The notes beneath the pieces were generated by a model, which saw only the letters and a list, made by a program, of their open reading frames with translations, searched no databases and had not been told where the DNA came from. 64,000 nucleotides of DNA from Paramoeba atlantica (Eukaryota > Protista > Discosea). The DNA lies in assembly GCA_977017575.1 (NCBI GenBank), contig CDRNVI010000203.1, positions 62,106-126,105 on the forward strand, written 5' to 3'. Of the stretch, positions 50,224 through 63,702 are shown one piece after another. Each line of letters opens with the position of its first letter. Within the stretch, counting starts at the first letter, position 1. The position numbers and the translations under genes were made by a program.

Positions 50224-53200
50224 AAAACCGCAATGGAAATTATTATGAAACAAGTTTTAATAATTCAAACTTAAGTTTGAACTCGAGTTATAAAATTTTA
50301 ATAACATTAATATATACTTTTAAATAACTTCTATAATTAATTCAAAAGAGAATTTATAATTAAGAACTTATAAAACTATATTTAATGATTTAAAACTTAA
50401 TAACTTGTTGTAATGTTTTCAATATAATAATATATTTACGATATATTATCTTCTTTGTTCCAAAATCAGATGTTGATTATCGTACATTCTTATTACATGA
50501 AAACATAACAACATAAAGAATACAATAGGCACTCCTTACATTTAAATGCCCTTAATATAATTTATCGATATATTTAATTACACAAATAATTTAAAATATA
50601 ATTTATAAAATATTAATAAAGTTCATGTAAAATGTAAGAAGTTACCCTAGTTTTCCTGGTATTGTGAGTATGTTTTCATGTAATAAACATGTACGATAAT
50701 CAACATCTGATTTTGACTCAAAGCAGAGTAATCATCGTTAAATATCGTTACAAAGTTATTACAAATAAAACATAAATCACTAATAACAGGAAAATATTAA
50801 ATACAAAAATATTTAATAAACTTCGATGCAAAAAAGCATCTTGACAATCTCTGTGTTTTTGTTAAAAAAAATAGCGTAAAACTACAAAACCATATATATA
50901 AAATGAAAAGTGTATAAAAAAGAAAAGCATACACTTTGATACATTCAATCGAAAAATATCTCAATCATGTATCATTAATTTTAGTATATATGGTAGGAGT
51001 TTTACCTTTACAGTGCTATTAGTCATGTTTTCATGTAATAAGAATGTACGATAATCAACATCTGATTTGCACTCAAAGTAGAGTAATCATCGTTAAATAT
51101 CAGTACAAAGTCATTACAAGAAAACTAAAGATTAAAGCACTGTAAAATTGCACTAAGATTTCCTTCAGAAATTCAAGTGCAAATATCCGCCCAACTTATA
51201 AAATATAAGTGGCGTCTATATATATTTTTTTATCGAAAAAAACGATAAATAAATAAAGATCATGATAAGATTTCTACGAAATTCAATCATGAAGCATACA
51301 CTATAGTGTATGCAAATTATTACAAAAATAATAATTTTAAAATTTTTTCTTCGAAATTCAAAGAAGAATTTATTCGAAAAAAATATAAATTTTAATGTTT
51401 TCGTGTTTAACTACAACTTAAATTTATATATATTTCGTTAAATTAAGAGAATAATTAAACGAAACTGTTACTCGGCAAAAATAAGGGAATTTTTGAGTAA
51501 CAGACCGTTCAAATTGAAAACAAAAAAACAATTTGCACGGCAATTCTTGGGGTTTTTACGCCTCACGGCTTCGTGATTGGACTAAAGAGCAGGAGCGAGA
51601 GCAAGAAAGTTTGCAGGGGTAGTTGAGTTAGCTATTCCCGGTGGAAGCTAACCTCGATTCTTTAGTCTTTAGTTGTGGTAATTTGGGATAGTGAAGTAAA
51701 ATTTTTAAAGTTCACTATCGACAATTACTATTCTCTTTCATCTTTTGGCGTGCATTGCTAATTGATCCCAATAGACAATCACATTCAGAAATGATCGTTG
51801 CTATCCCTATATGTATGTAAAATATCATACATAAGAATCAATAAGATCTATTTCGTCTCCTCTTTCATCCTTTTAACATAGCAAGACTAATCTATATTAT
51901 ATAATTATTATTCAACTTTTTTAATTATATTTTATCTGCTTGAACACCATAGTTCGATAAAAAATAAATAAAAAGATGAATAAATAACTAAAAAATAAAG
52001 ATAGACAAGAACAAGAATAGTTTAGTTTAATTCCGTGTTAAATCCTCAATCCTTAAGTCGGATTTGTCACTCCATATACGATCAAACTTTATTTACTTAA
52101 ATTTTTACAAAGATAGTAAAATTAAAAGTATAAAGATGATCTAGCTCACCAGTTTTATTTAAATTAAAATCTTACACAATGATTTTATATTTATAAACTA
52201 CTCGCTTCCATCGACCCTCGACTTTGTTGAAGTTTAAGTTTTTGAGTTTACGATATTAAAGAGAAAAAAAATATTATTGCGCTCTATTGGTGGGGCTTTC
52301 GTTAAATTATTAAAAGCTCAACGTCATTGTTCGCGTTTTACGTTACACTCCACAAGCTAAACAAGTGCGTTCTGCCTTAATAATCACTACCCCTCACCAA
52401 AAGGTCGCAATAATATATGTTTTTAGCGTTTAAGATCTGGAGACCATTTTCAAAATAGAAAATGTCAATCGCTTTTTTCTTACGCAAGTACGTCAAAAAA
52501 ATCGTTTTTCTCCATGAGCTAAAACGAGTTAGTTCGATCGGGCTTTTTTTGATGCTTTTTTTGGATCGCAGCTTCAACAAAAAAAAATTTCCGCTGCTGT
52601 TTTCCAACAAAGAAAATTATAAAAAAATAATTTTGTTGTTGTCAAATACGATCTTTTAAAATATAAAATTTTTTTTATCGTTATAAATTTTATTCCGACA
52701 TAAATTTGTTGGAAAAGTAACAGTAAAAAGTTGTTAATGAAAAAAAAATAAATTCATTAACAACAACGTTGATGAAAAATAACAATCAACGCTGTTAAAT
52801 TTCCAACAAAATAATGTCAGAAAAAAATTTCTGCCGAAATAATTTAGCTGATTAAATTTTTATCACGACAAAAATATTTTTTTGTTGATCAATTAAATCG
52901 TTATTAACAAAAAAGTTATAACGCTGTTAATTTTCCAACATAAAAATTTTTTATCTCTCAAAAAATATTTTTTGATGTTCAAAGTTATCGTTTGATAACA
53001 AAAAAGTTATAACGCTGTAACTTTTCCAACAAAAAAAATTTTTTTTCGTGTTAAAAATTATTTTTGATCAATAAAAATTATTTTCGATGTTCAAATTCAT
53101 CGTTTGATAACAAAAAAGTTATAACGCTGTTAATTTTCCATCAAAAATTATTTTTTTTGCTTCAAAAATTTTTTTTAACATAAAAATTTATAATGATGAT

Positions 53201-54075
53201 TACAAAATAAGTGTTGCAACTCAAAAAAGTTGTTTAACACTGTTAATTTTCCATCAACATCATAATTTTTATTTAAAAATTTTAATCAAAATCAATTTTA
53301 TAAACATTTTTTGTAAAAAAATTAAAATTTTTACTGGAAAATTACGGTGAGATGCATAAAAATTAGATTTAAACATAAATTTATGCAAACTACCGTTTAA
53401 TTTCCAACAAAATTTAAATTTTTTTCATTCAAAAATAGATTTTTTTAATTTTTCGCCGACAAAATTGAAAAAAAATTGAATTTTCATTCAAAAAGTTGTA
53501 AAATTGAGTCTCAGGATGAAAAAGTGGAAAAAGACCACATTTTATCAATTCGACGCTAAATTAGCAAAAAATTTCAATTTCTACACCTAAATGACTGTAG
53601 AAATTGGTGTTTTCCTACAATTTTGTGGAAACTCCTGACAAACACTGCTAAATTTCCAACAAAAAGTCAATTTGCAGGTGCTGCCCGTGGATTTTCCAAC
53701 AAAATACTAGCAAAACTACTCAAAATGCTATTTTTCCGGCAGAAAACCGTCAAAATCTGCTTTTTCTGGGCAGGAATGACAAAAACGGCCCAAAAAAGGC
53801 CCTGTCATTTTGCCCAAAAACGCAGTATTTTTTCCTGTTCTGGCCTGCAAATTAGCGGATGTCCAAGTGCCCCAAAAAAAGTGACTTGGACTCCGAGCCG
53901 ACTCGAAAAGTCGTATTTTCCGGCAGAAACGAAAAAATATGCCACATTTTGTCCGACGATTATTTACAACTTTTTCTCGCATCCCATCATAGCGATTTTG
54001 CGGATCTGCAAGTTGGGAGGGAACCAACTGCATTTTTTGGCCGTTTTGAACCCGTTTTGTAAAAAATCGCATATA
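50224..54075. repeat. Unit 12, full C haplotype, truncated at the array end
   Basis: Cassette matches unit 8; identity with the unit stops after CGCATATA at 54075. Confidence 0.95.
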
Positions 54076-54700
54076 GAAACATGAGAGGGGAGCAGAATCA
54101 ATAGAGAAAACAAGAGAAAAGAAAGAGAAACAGAAACTCTGGATCAAAACCTTTATGGAAAAGATCCCCAGCCAACACAAACAGAACAAGAAAACAACAA
54201 CAAAAAAACAGAAAAGCAAGAAGAAGAACAACAAAAGGAATCACAACTGAGAAGAGCACAGAATCGCTGAAACTCAACTCAAATCGGAATCCCAAGTCTA
54301 CACAGCAACTAAAGAAGGAAGAAAACAACAAAAGATGATAACAACAAAAGAAGAGAACAGAAAGCAAGCAAGGCAAGCCAAAAGATCACAAAGGAAAGCA
54401 AAGAGAGAGAGAGAAAGCAACAAGAAAGCAGAAAGAAAGCAAAAGGTGGCAAAGTGGCAAGAAAAAAGGGCAAAAACGTGAATGTGAAAACTGAATAAAA
54501 GGAGTGCTAAAAATCTCATGATTTTGGCTAAAATTACGATAAAATGGCACGCAGCTGTCTGTGAGGCTCAGGGCTCTCCGAAAGGACCAAAACTCATGAT
54601 AAAAGGTATCAAGGAAGCTTAGGGAAGGCTCAGGGAAGCTCAAGGAACTGAAAAGGCACTGAAAGGCACAACTTCTGTGTTGGAAGCAGGTTTCACCTCA
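54076..54700 (+). mobile_element. Purine-rich, possibly LTR-derived remnant abutting the array
   Basis: A/G-rich composition like the LTR at 58606; ends in ...TTTCACCTCA before an abrupt switch to AT-rich DNA; no partner copy in the window. Confidence 0.3.
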
Positions 54701-57700
54701 ATAAATTGTCATTTTGTTGAAATTGGATTTGGAGTAAAGGATTGAAATTTTGTTAGAATTGTTGGAGTGATTGAATAGAAAGTATTTAATAGAAAGTTTA
54801 GTTTTATAGAACTGATTAAAAATCGTAATTTGGTTGGGTTTGAAAAGATTAAGAAAGTGGAAGTTGAATTATTGTTTGTGGAGTTGAAAATATTTTATAA
54901 AAAGTTAGTTTTTGTTGAGAAAAAAATAGATTAAATTAAATTTGAATGACTTAAAGTATTGGTGGTAGTTGATTTTAAATAAAAAGATAGGAATTTGTTA
55001 CTTCTTCTTCAAATGGAACAAAGGTGGAATTTGATTGAAAAAACTAAAGTAGTAATTGTTGAATTATAGATTTGTTTTGATCTATTGAATAGGAGGAAGT
55101 AGAATTAGAGTAGAATTGTTGAACATAGTCAAATGTTGGTTTTGAAATCATTGGTTCAAAAGTTAGTGAATTAGTGTTTAATTGTAATTGTTTCATTTTT
55201 ATTGAAGGAGAGTGGAGTATTAATGAACTGAAGATAGGTTTTTCAGGTTGTAAGAATTGGTTAGTTTTAGTTGATAAAAGAGATTGTTGAAGTTTTGATG
55301 ATTAGGAAAGTGGGAAATCTTGTAGAGATGAGGTTGCTGATAATGAGTGATCAGTTTTCTTATTTATGTTGGCTTTTTTTTACTTTTTTTTATTTGAAAG
55401 GGAATTAAAAATGTAATCTTCTAAATGATTGTGTTGTGTGGAATGTAGGGAAGGTTTTAAAGTTTGTTTCTTATTATTTTAAGAATGTGTAATCTGAGGT
55501 TGCTTGGGGATCATCAAGGAAAGAGGAGAGGTTTCTTGGGCTGATTTTTCTTTCTTTTTATGCTTTGGCATTTCCTTTCCTTGCTAAAACTCCTTTGAGG
55601 CTTTTTGGTTGGTTGATTTTTGCTAAGAGAAATGATAATCAGTGTTCAAAGTCTTGATAAAAAAGTAATCAAAACTTGGAAAAAGAGAATCCACTCTATT
55701 CAATTAAATATTTTCTTTAATCAATAGTGTTGAGTAAATGAATTCAAAAACATTTCTTGAATTGAGTGATTTGAAGGGGTTTAACTTCTCTAAAATTATT
55801 TAACTAGTTGTAGGGAAATTATTTTCTTAAATAGAAATGAAAACTTCATTCAGCAATGAATCAAAGAGTTTTTTTTTACTCAAAACCAGCAAATAATTTT
55901 TTAGAAGTAGAAGTGGATAGAGTTAGTGATGTTAATGGATTCTATGGTTCATCATAAGAATTACTTCCAACAAAAAGATTTCTTTGATTTTGAAAGAGTA
56001 AGTAGAGTTGGAGCAAGCAAAAATATCTTTGTTTCTCCTAACTACAGAGGGTTTCAACTTAACCAACAAGTAGTTTCTTTTCATTGAAGATAAGAGGCCT
56101 TAAAAGAGGAGAGAAAGTTTTGTTATTTTACAAATTCTATAATTTTCTAGGATCCAAATACCAAAAGGAACTTTCTTCAAGAACCTCTTCTCAAATCCAG
56201 AACTGAGGGTGGTAAATTGAAGACTCATCAATTCCTGAGCTAACTTTCCAGTAAATTGATGAAAAAAAGTAACCTTCTTTTTTGTTTGTTTACTAAAGTT
56301 AAAATATTTTTTTTTCTTAGAGTTAATTTGAGGAGAGTTTGTATCCACTTTTATTATAGTTTTGAAGGTGGGGGAGATTCATACCAACTATGATATTCAC
56401 TTCAAAAAATCCAATAGGAATCACCACAATAATTTGAGTATTTAACATAACTGGGGTAAAATGCTATGTTGCAATCACAATAATTGAACCCTATGATTTT
56501 TTTGTTGTTGAAAAATTTTAAAAAGAAGTGGTGATTAAATATTTCAAATGTAATTTATAGAGTAAGTAGGGCAAAAAATTTGAGGAATTTAAGAAAAATG
56601 GATTGCTTTCAAAACACTTATAAGATTTTACAAGAATTGAACATTTCTTAGGAAAACTTATCAAAGCAAATCTAATTGAAAATTTGGAATTTAAAAATTG
56701 AAGAAAGTGAAGGAAATCATAGTATTTTTGAGTTTAAAGAAAGTAGAGTTCATTTTTGAGGCTATTTTCTCACATTTGATCACATGATTACATGTTGAAT
56801 GCATTCCTATTTGAATTGTTACTTCTAGGAGATTCCTTCCAAAGCTCAAAGAAAGGCCTTTACCTCTTTTGATTTTGCTTTTTTGATGAAAGGATTGAAA
56901 ATCTTTTAGTTTGACAATGAATTAGAAGGGGAGTTAAATAACAAATGGGATTGGAAAGGTTGACTTCAAATTTATTTAGAATTAAATGATAAATTCAAAA
57001 TTTTGGAACAACTTTCAGATCAATCAGATGGGTTTTTGAAGCACTTGAATTTATTGGTTGAGGAAAATCTTTTAAATGTCTTTTCTGGGAATTTATACAT
57101 TTCATCTCAGAGTGGTCATAATAACATATTTTTTTACTCTCAGGTAGCTTCAGAAGAGGAGATTTATGAAATGTTAATTTTTCAATCTTTGCTTCTCTCT
57201 TTGAACCTCCTTCTATCAAAATATAAACAAAATACTCAGGAGTGAAACTTCATAGCTTTTGGACTTTATGAAATTCAAAACTCTTTAATGGAGAATATCA
57301 CTTGATGAAATGGATAATTAGATTAAAACAGAATTCAAACTTTTTTGTAAAACAAATTGGAATGTATAAGAAATTTTAAATAACTTGGAAGAAAACAGGA
57401 AAAAATATGAGAGTTCAACTTCTAATGAAATATACTCAACAAATTTGGATTAGAAGAGATCATGGAACCTTCCTCCATAAAGATGCTTCAAACTTCAGTT
57501 TGTTATTTTGCTAATATTTGAGTTTTGATTGGAGGGAAAGTGATTGTAGTATTGGTTTCTTAAACTTCAAATTCTTTGGAAAAATTCACCAAAATCTGCA
57601 ATAACTCTTCATACTTGTTATTACTTTTACATGAGTTTGCCACTTGATTTAGGGTTGAAAATGATGGGTGTGTCTTTTATTAATCATAAAAAAAATCAAA

Positions 57701-58605
57701 TCCTTTGAAAAACTAAATAAAAAGAAAGCAACACACAAACCAAAGCTCTTAAAAAAATTGATTAAAGTGAAATTGATAAAAAACTTTTAAATTTTATTTC
57801 TCATCACCATTTTCTTTCAAGAAAATTTCAATTTCAAGATTATACATTTATGTGAGGAAAAAGTCTTCTTGAGCAGCTTAAATCAATTTTAAGTCTATTA
57901 TCACTTTATTTCTTTGATTTAAATTTATTTAAATTGCTTGAATTTCTTATGGAATATTCAAAGAGATTTGATATTAATTTGCTAAAAAAAAATTGTATTG
58001 AAAATGAAGTCCAGTTGTAAGAACTTTAATGTTTAAATTTGCAAAACTTTGTTGATTACTCTGATAGAAGTGTATACAATTCAAGTAATGGATTTGCTCC
58101 CTAGCTTTTGTTGCTCAAGGTTGCAAATTCCCAAACTAATAATATGTATCTGTTGTGTAAGCTTCCAGAATATGAAAATAAATTCATCAGATAGAACCTA
58201 TCTCTTCTCTCCAATCCATAAAGCTTTCCTTCCAAGAACCAATTTTTTTTTCAAAATTAATGGTGACTGTTTCATGATTTAACCCTTTTGAGGGATCACT
58301 TGTTAGCATTTGAAAACATTTTCAAAAAGTAATTTACAATAATATTGTGGATGGTTGATTTGGATTGTAATAAAAGATTTTTTTGATATTCTTCAATACT
58401 TGCTGCATTTGAGTGCTCATGTATCATTCCAATTTTCAATTTCCATCATTATCAACTTAGAATTAAAAAGAAATTTTGCATTTAGAAAATACAAAGACCA
58501 GCAACTTCAATAATTTGGTTTTCAATGAGTAATTCTTTTTTTTTTTTTGAAGCAAACTTTATTCAATTAGTAGTTTTTAATTTAAGCCATTTGAATTACA
58601 TTAAA

Positions 58606-58903
58606 TGTGAAGTGGCCAGGAGTTTGGAGAAGGAAAGAGTGGGCAGGTGAAGGAAAGAAGGAAAGGGAAGAAAGGGAAAAGAAAGAAAGAGAAAAGTCAA
58701 GAGCAAATCATGGGAAAGATTGGTGGCGCATTGCAAGGGGAAACCAACCAAGTAAGTTTATTCCTTTTACCAACAAACAAAAGAAGTATTCATATGGGAC
58801 AACAAATATAACAAGTGTGGAATTGACAAGAAGCAAAACAGAATGAAAGACAAAAACACACAAGAAAAAGGACACGGTGGAGAGATTAAATCACAGATAA
58901 ATG
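58606..58903 (+). repeat. Putative 5' LTR (minimum extent; true end not determinable)
   Basis: 298 nt align to 63703-64000 with 7 substitutions; starts with TG; upstream sequences differ. Confidence 0.8.
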
Positions 58904-60268
58904 TTATAGAACACAGGATTAATTGACATAAAGATTATATAAAATAGACAAATAAGATGGTGTGAAAATATTAAGGAAACAACTTGATTTCAGAGTGAGA
59001 ACTGGGTGGGAAGAGCTCAGATGAGAGAGACAGGAATACATGCAGAATCAGAACAGTTTGTACAGTCTTACAAATGTTCATCAGGGATATTCACACAACA
59101 GGGGAGCACAGTGGTGTACAAAGAGAAACAGATTAATTTGCACAACATGGAATCAGTTCACACCAGAATTCTGACATATCCTTTCAAATGAATATGTTTC
59201 ACATAAATCAGAAGAAGGAATTTCACAACACATCAGAAATCAAGAACAATTAAAGCAAAGCAGCAAGACAAATGGGATTTACATTTAACACAGCAAATCA
59301 AAATGAAACGTACAGACAAAGACCCATCATTGAACCAAATATCAAGCCATCAAGAAAATCAAAATAAATCACAAAATCACAAGAACAAAGATCAGTCGAA
59401 CAGAATAGAAAAACATAAGGGATTGGTGCAGAAGCAATTAATAATCCAAAACATATTACTTTGAAGCAAAAGAGGGATCGACACAAGAGCACAAGAGATA
59501 ATCAGAGAACTTAAGGCATGGACATAGAGAACAAGACAGAAAAATTCAATTCAGGAATTCAAAAATAATACAACCCAGAAAAGAAGAAATCGATCCAACA
59601 AAAACAGCAGGGAAAAGGAAGAGAGGGATTTGTGTTCACTACTGGAGACACAGGTGGTGCATTGAATTCTCAGAAATGCTATGTTCACTCATCATTGAGT
59701 GAGGATTGGAAGGAAGAAAGGATAAGTGTTCAACAGGAATCACTATTGCATAGTTCCTCTGGGTATGCTACATTTACTCATCATTGAGAGAGGAAGGTGC
59801 TGAAGATGTTGAAAAGAAGAATCTTTCAGAGAGAAGCAAAACAAGTCATCATAAGATGAATCAGTGAGATTGAGAGTAGAAAATCAAAATGATTTCAACA
59901 GAAACAAAGAAATCAAAAGTCCAGCAGAAATTATTAAGGTGTCACAAGCTTCAGAGATGATTGGGAACGGTCAAGAAGGACATTGGACAGAGAGCAACAG
60001 GAATGAAGTGCAACAACAACAAAAAAGACAAAAAAAGATCATCCAGAATAGTGCTGAAAACATGGTTCAGAGGCAAAGCATTCCAGGTATGCATTTCCAA
60101 AATTCAGGGGATGAATTTTCAAAGATAAATCACACATCACGTATGTAGAAACAAATATGTTGTCACACAAAGGATAAATGTTGATCAAATCAACAAATGT
60201 TACAATTGCATTGAGATTTGAGAAGAGAGGTGAGAAGAACACAAGCCGAAAGAAGAACATTGAGGAAA

Positions 60269-60641
60269 AATATCATGGGGCCAGTGAAAATCCATTGCAA
60301 GGGTGAGAAAAACAAAGACTCAGAGAATCAGAGAAAATAAAACTCAGAACTCCCTTGAAAGAACAAAGACGAGGCAATGGAGTCACAAAAGAACAAAGAG
60401 GGGACATGAGAACTCCCTTCAAAGGTAACAGGTGTCTCAAAAGCAAAGTAACATTGGAGGGCATTGTCTAAGGGATTGCAAAGACAAAAGCAGTCATCAA
60501 ATTGCAGGCAGAACAGAAAAAAATGGGATAGCAATCTCCAAAAATGATGATAACATCGAAACAGGGGAAGAAGGAACAATATTCACAATCAACCATAAAA
60601 CAAGAGAGAATTGGAGAGCAAGAACCAGATCAAAAGATTAA
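60269..60641 (+). pseudogene. Frameshifted copia-type integrase core remnant
   Basis: Motif-like peptides in two frames separated by stops; the similarity is by eye and weak. Confidence 0.45.
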
Positions 60642-63600
60642 ATTGCACAACAATAATTTGACGAGAATAAACTATAGGGAATAACAAAGGAAATCGAATA
60701 ATACCAAAATGTTTTTAGGTGAAGCCAAGAAATTAGTCACGAGTCACACGAACACTCCCTTCCAATTTGATATTTTGATCTCATCACAATAAGGGCATTT
60801 CAAAACAAGAGAAAGTATTAACCATCAAATCGCAAAACCGAATCGACAGAGGAAATCCAAAATCAACTTATCAAAGACCAAGAAAAGACTTAATTCCAAT
60901 AAATCAACCAATAATTAGAATAGGGTGTAAATGGTGCAAGATGCTCAATGGAACTTGCTGAAAATAAAGCCATTACAAATCAAATTCAAGAATCGGCGTC
61001 ATTACCAGAGAATAAACAAAAACATGAGACTATGACAGAGGAAAATGCGAATCGAGGTTTCTCAAAGAGAAAAGAAATTTAGAACAGAGAGTATCAATGA
61101 CAAGAGAGAAGCATCAGCGATCAAGTCAACTTCAAAACAAACAGATCAAATTAGAAAGGTCATAACTTGAGGGAAAGTGCAGTAACCAAAATCAAAACAG
61201 CTTCAGGGGTGGTACATCCAAAATTACACAAACACAATTTTTTAATGGAACACCCTTCCAACACCAAAATGGGTTTCAAAATTCAAGTAGGAGTATCCGA
61301 GAGGGGAATCCAAGTGAAAATAAAGTCCAGAATTGAAATCACAAAAGGTAAGAGGAAGGTATAAATCCGACAATTTCAAAGCAAGGAAGGAAATCAGGAG
61401 AATTTCCATCATCAACCAGAAACAAAAGAACAAAAAGAATTGTCCCAAGGCATCAATCCAAGAATGACAAATTCAGAATGACATTGTCACAAGAAAAACA
61501 AGGAGATGGAATCAATTATTTCTTCAATAAAATCAACACAGGGATGAATTCAATCAGAAATAAGAGTTCAAATTCATGGGCAGGGAATTTGAGATAACAA
61601 GGCGAAAAATCCAAAGAGGTTAACAACAGAGTACATTTAGATTCAAGAAGTACAAATTCAATCCAGAATTACTTTGAAGATATCAGGAATTTTTAAAAAC
61701 ATCATCAAGACAGAGGGAAAAATCCAATCAAGCTTTGAGGAAACAAAACAAAACGAGAAATCGTCAAGCATAAAAATAATCCAGTCAGGCAAATCCACAA
61801 TCACAAATTCACAATCAGAAGTGGCAGTTGAGGAACAAAAATCCGAAAATACAAATCCACGAATCCAAAATGAGATAGAAATGAGTATTAAAACTACACA
61901 ACCATCACTCAATCAATACAAATGATAACAAACATTCATTGAATCAAGAGAAAAAGCTTGATCAAGGCTCAACTCAAAATCAACAATAAAATAATCATCA
62001 AAATGCAGTTTGTAAGCATGAGGCGAACATCAACAAAGACCAATCGAAATAACAGAAGGAATCACGAAAATTTTCGAATAGAACCAACAATCACAATATC
62101 CAACACAAAGAAGAGATTGAGAAACACAAAGAGGCATTGAGAAATGTTGACAAACAAAACTCAAGTCAAGATTATACAAGGAAACAGTGCTGTGTAAGCT
62201 GAAGTTGTCCAGAATATTAATTCCAAACGATATGCTGTTCTGAAAGCATAACCAAAGACAAATAACCAAAACAAACAATGAGCAAGAGGACTGAATTGAT
62301 TTACCAACAAAAATGAAGCATGGAAATCAACAAGAGATCGTCTCGAGCAAATCAAAGACAGAGAAAATCCATAAAACAGGAATAGAACCAAAAGAACAGT
62401 TAGACAAAACAAAGAACAAAGTCAAAACAGAGTGTCATGACAGGCAAAGAAAGACATCAACAAATACAAGAATAATCTCCAAGGAACAAGAAAAATAACA
62501 TGAATCTTCCATGACATAAGGAGAAAAACAAAAACAGGTGTGATCAGAACTGTGCTTATCGAAAAACCATGTGCTAGGTCAAAGACGGCTGCCAGAAATA
62601 TAATTCAAAACAGTGCACACCAGTATAAAATCGTAAGCTGAAAGCTAAAAAGCTGGTGCCTTGTCAGGGCTGATAGAAGGGGGGAGAATAAGTGATAATG
62701 GGATCGCTGAGGATAGAAGAGAAGGTGTGTCCACATAAATCAAAAGGAGAGGGATAAAAGAGAATGACCAGCTCCGTATCACGAAAACAAACAAAAAAAT
62801 GTCAATCATCCACACCAAGAGTGCCAAAAAATCAATAACCAGGATCATCTATAAGAAAGATCCAAAAACCAAAATGGGAAGCTTAATCGTAGCCATAAAA
62901 CCAAAAATGACAAACAAAATTGTTGTTCAAAACATAAAATCCAAACAGGAAAAACATTCCACAAAAGAAGGATCAAAAATACTGTAGACGTGTCGCGAAC
63001 ACAATAAACAGACGAGACATGCACTTCATAAAATGAGAAATTATTGAAAACATCTCAAGACAGAAGCAAAACCAACAAATAAACGTACCAAGAGATTCAG
63101 CAAGATGAACAAATAACAGAATGATCATTGAGAGCAATGAACAAAATGTAAAGGGCAAAGTGAGACAATGAGGGACAAAGTCTCGATCCAAAAGTACAAA
63201 AACAAGAGACCGAAAATGAAACAAACAGACTTAAGGTGTAGAAGTATGAGAACAAGGATCAGAGGCACAAAGAAATTTTCCGAGAAGAATTTCTTCACTC
63301 AAAACGAGACCAAAAGAACTTGATTTCCTTGGTTCGAAACAAAGAACAAGAATCGAAAAATGGTTTCCAATTTTGATGCTCAGTTCACAGAACAACAAAC
63401 AGACTTTCTCAAAGAGGAAGAAAACAAGAAAACAAAAAACAAACGAACGAGAAAACAATCGAGATTCACAAACACCAGAATCACAATCGTGAGAATTGGC
63501 CAAAAACCGTGACCATGACCCAAGAATACAAAACGCGAAAAATGAGTTTTCAACATGAAGAAAAAAACATGCGAAAAGAAAACGAAAAAGAACGGAGAGG

Positions 63601-63702
63601 ACAGTGATGCGAAATCGCTGCTTCCAGAAAACAAAGACGAAAGAGGAGGAAGGATAAACTTTCAAAAAACAAAACTTAGGCCAGAAGCCTAAACTCTTAA
63701 TC

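Larger units (their letters stand above)
1..54075. repeat. Tandem array of ~4.54-4.66 kb units (11 complete, 1 truncated); extends off the left edge
   Basis: Anchor AGAATCGCAATGG (variant AAAACCGCAATGG) recurs at 1, 4537, 9193, 13850, 18388, 22926, 27464, 32003, 36611, 41149, 45687, 50224. The ORF track repeats with periods of 4538-4539, 4608 and 4655-4656. Confidence 0.99.

Noticed and set aside
1-54075. The array as a pure assembly artefact from one duplicated unit
   Set aside because: Units carry consistent multi-site haplotypes, three cassette alleles and compensatory SNPs. Exact copy number and order still need read support.
58536-58548. T13 tract as a retroposon poly(A) tail
   Set aside because: No target-site duplication or element body could be identified; homopolymers are common here.
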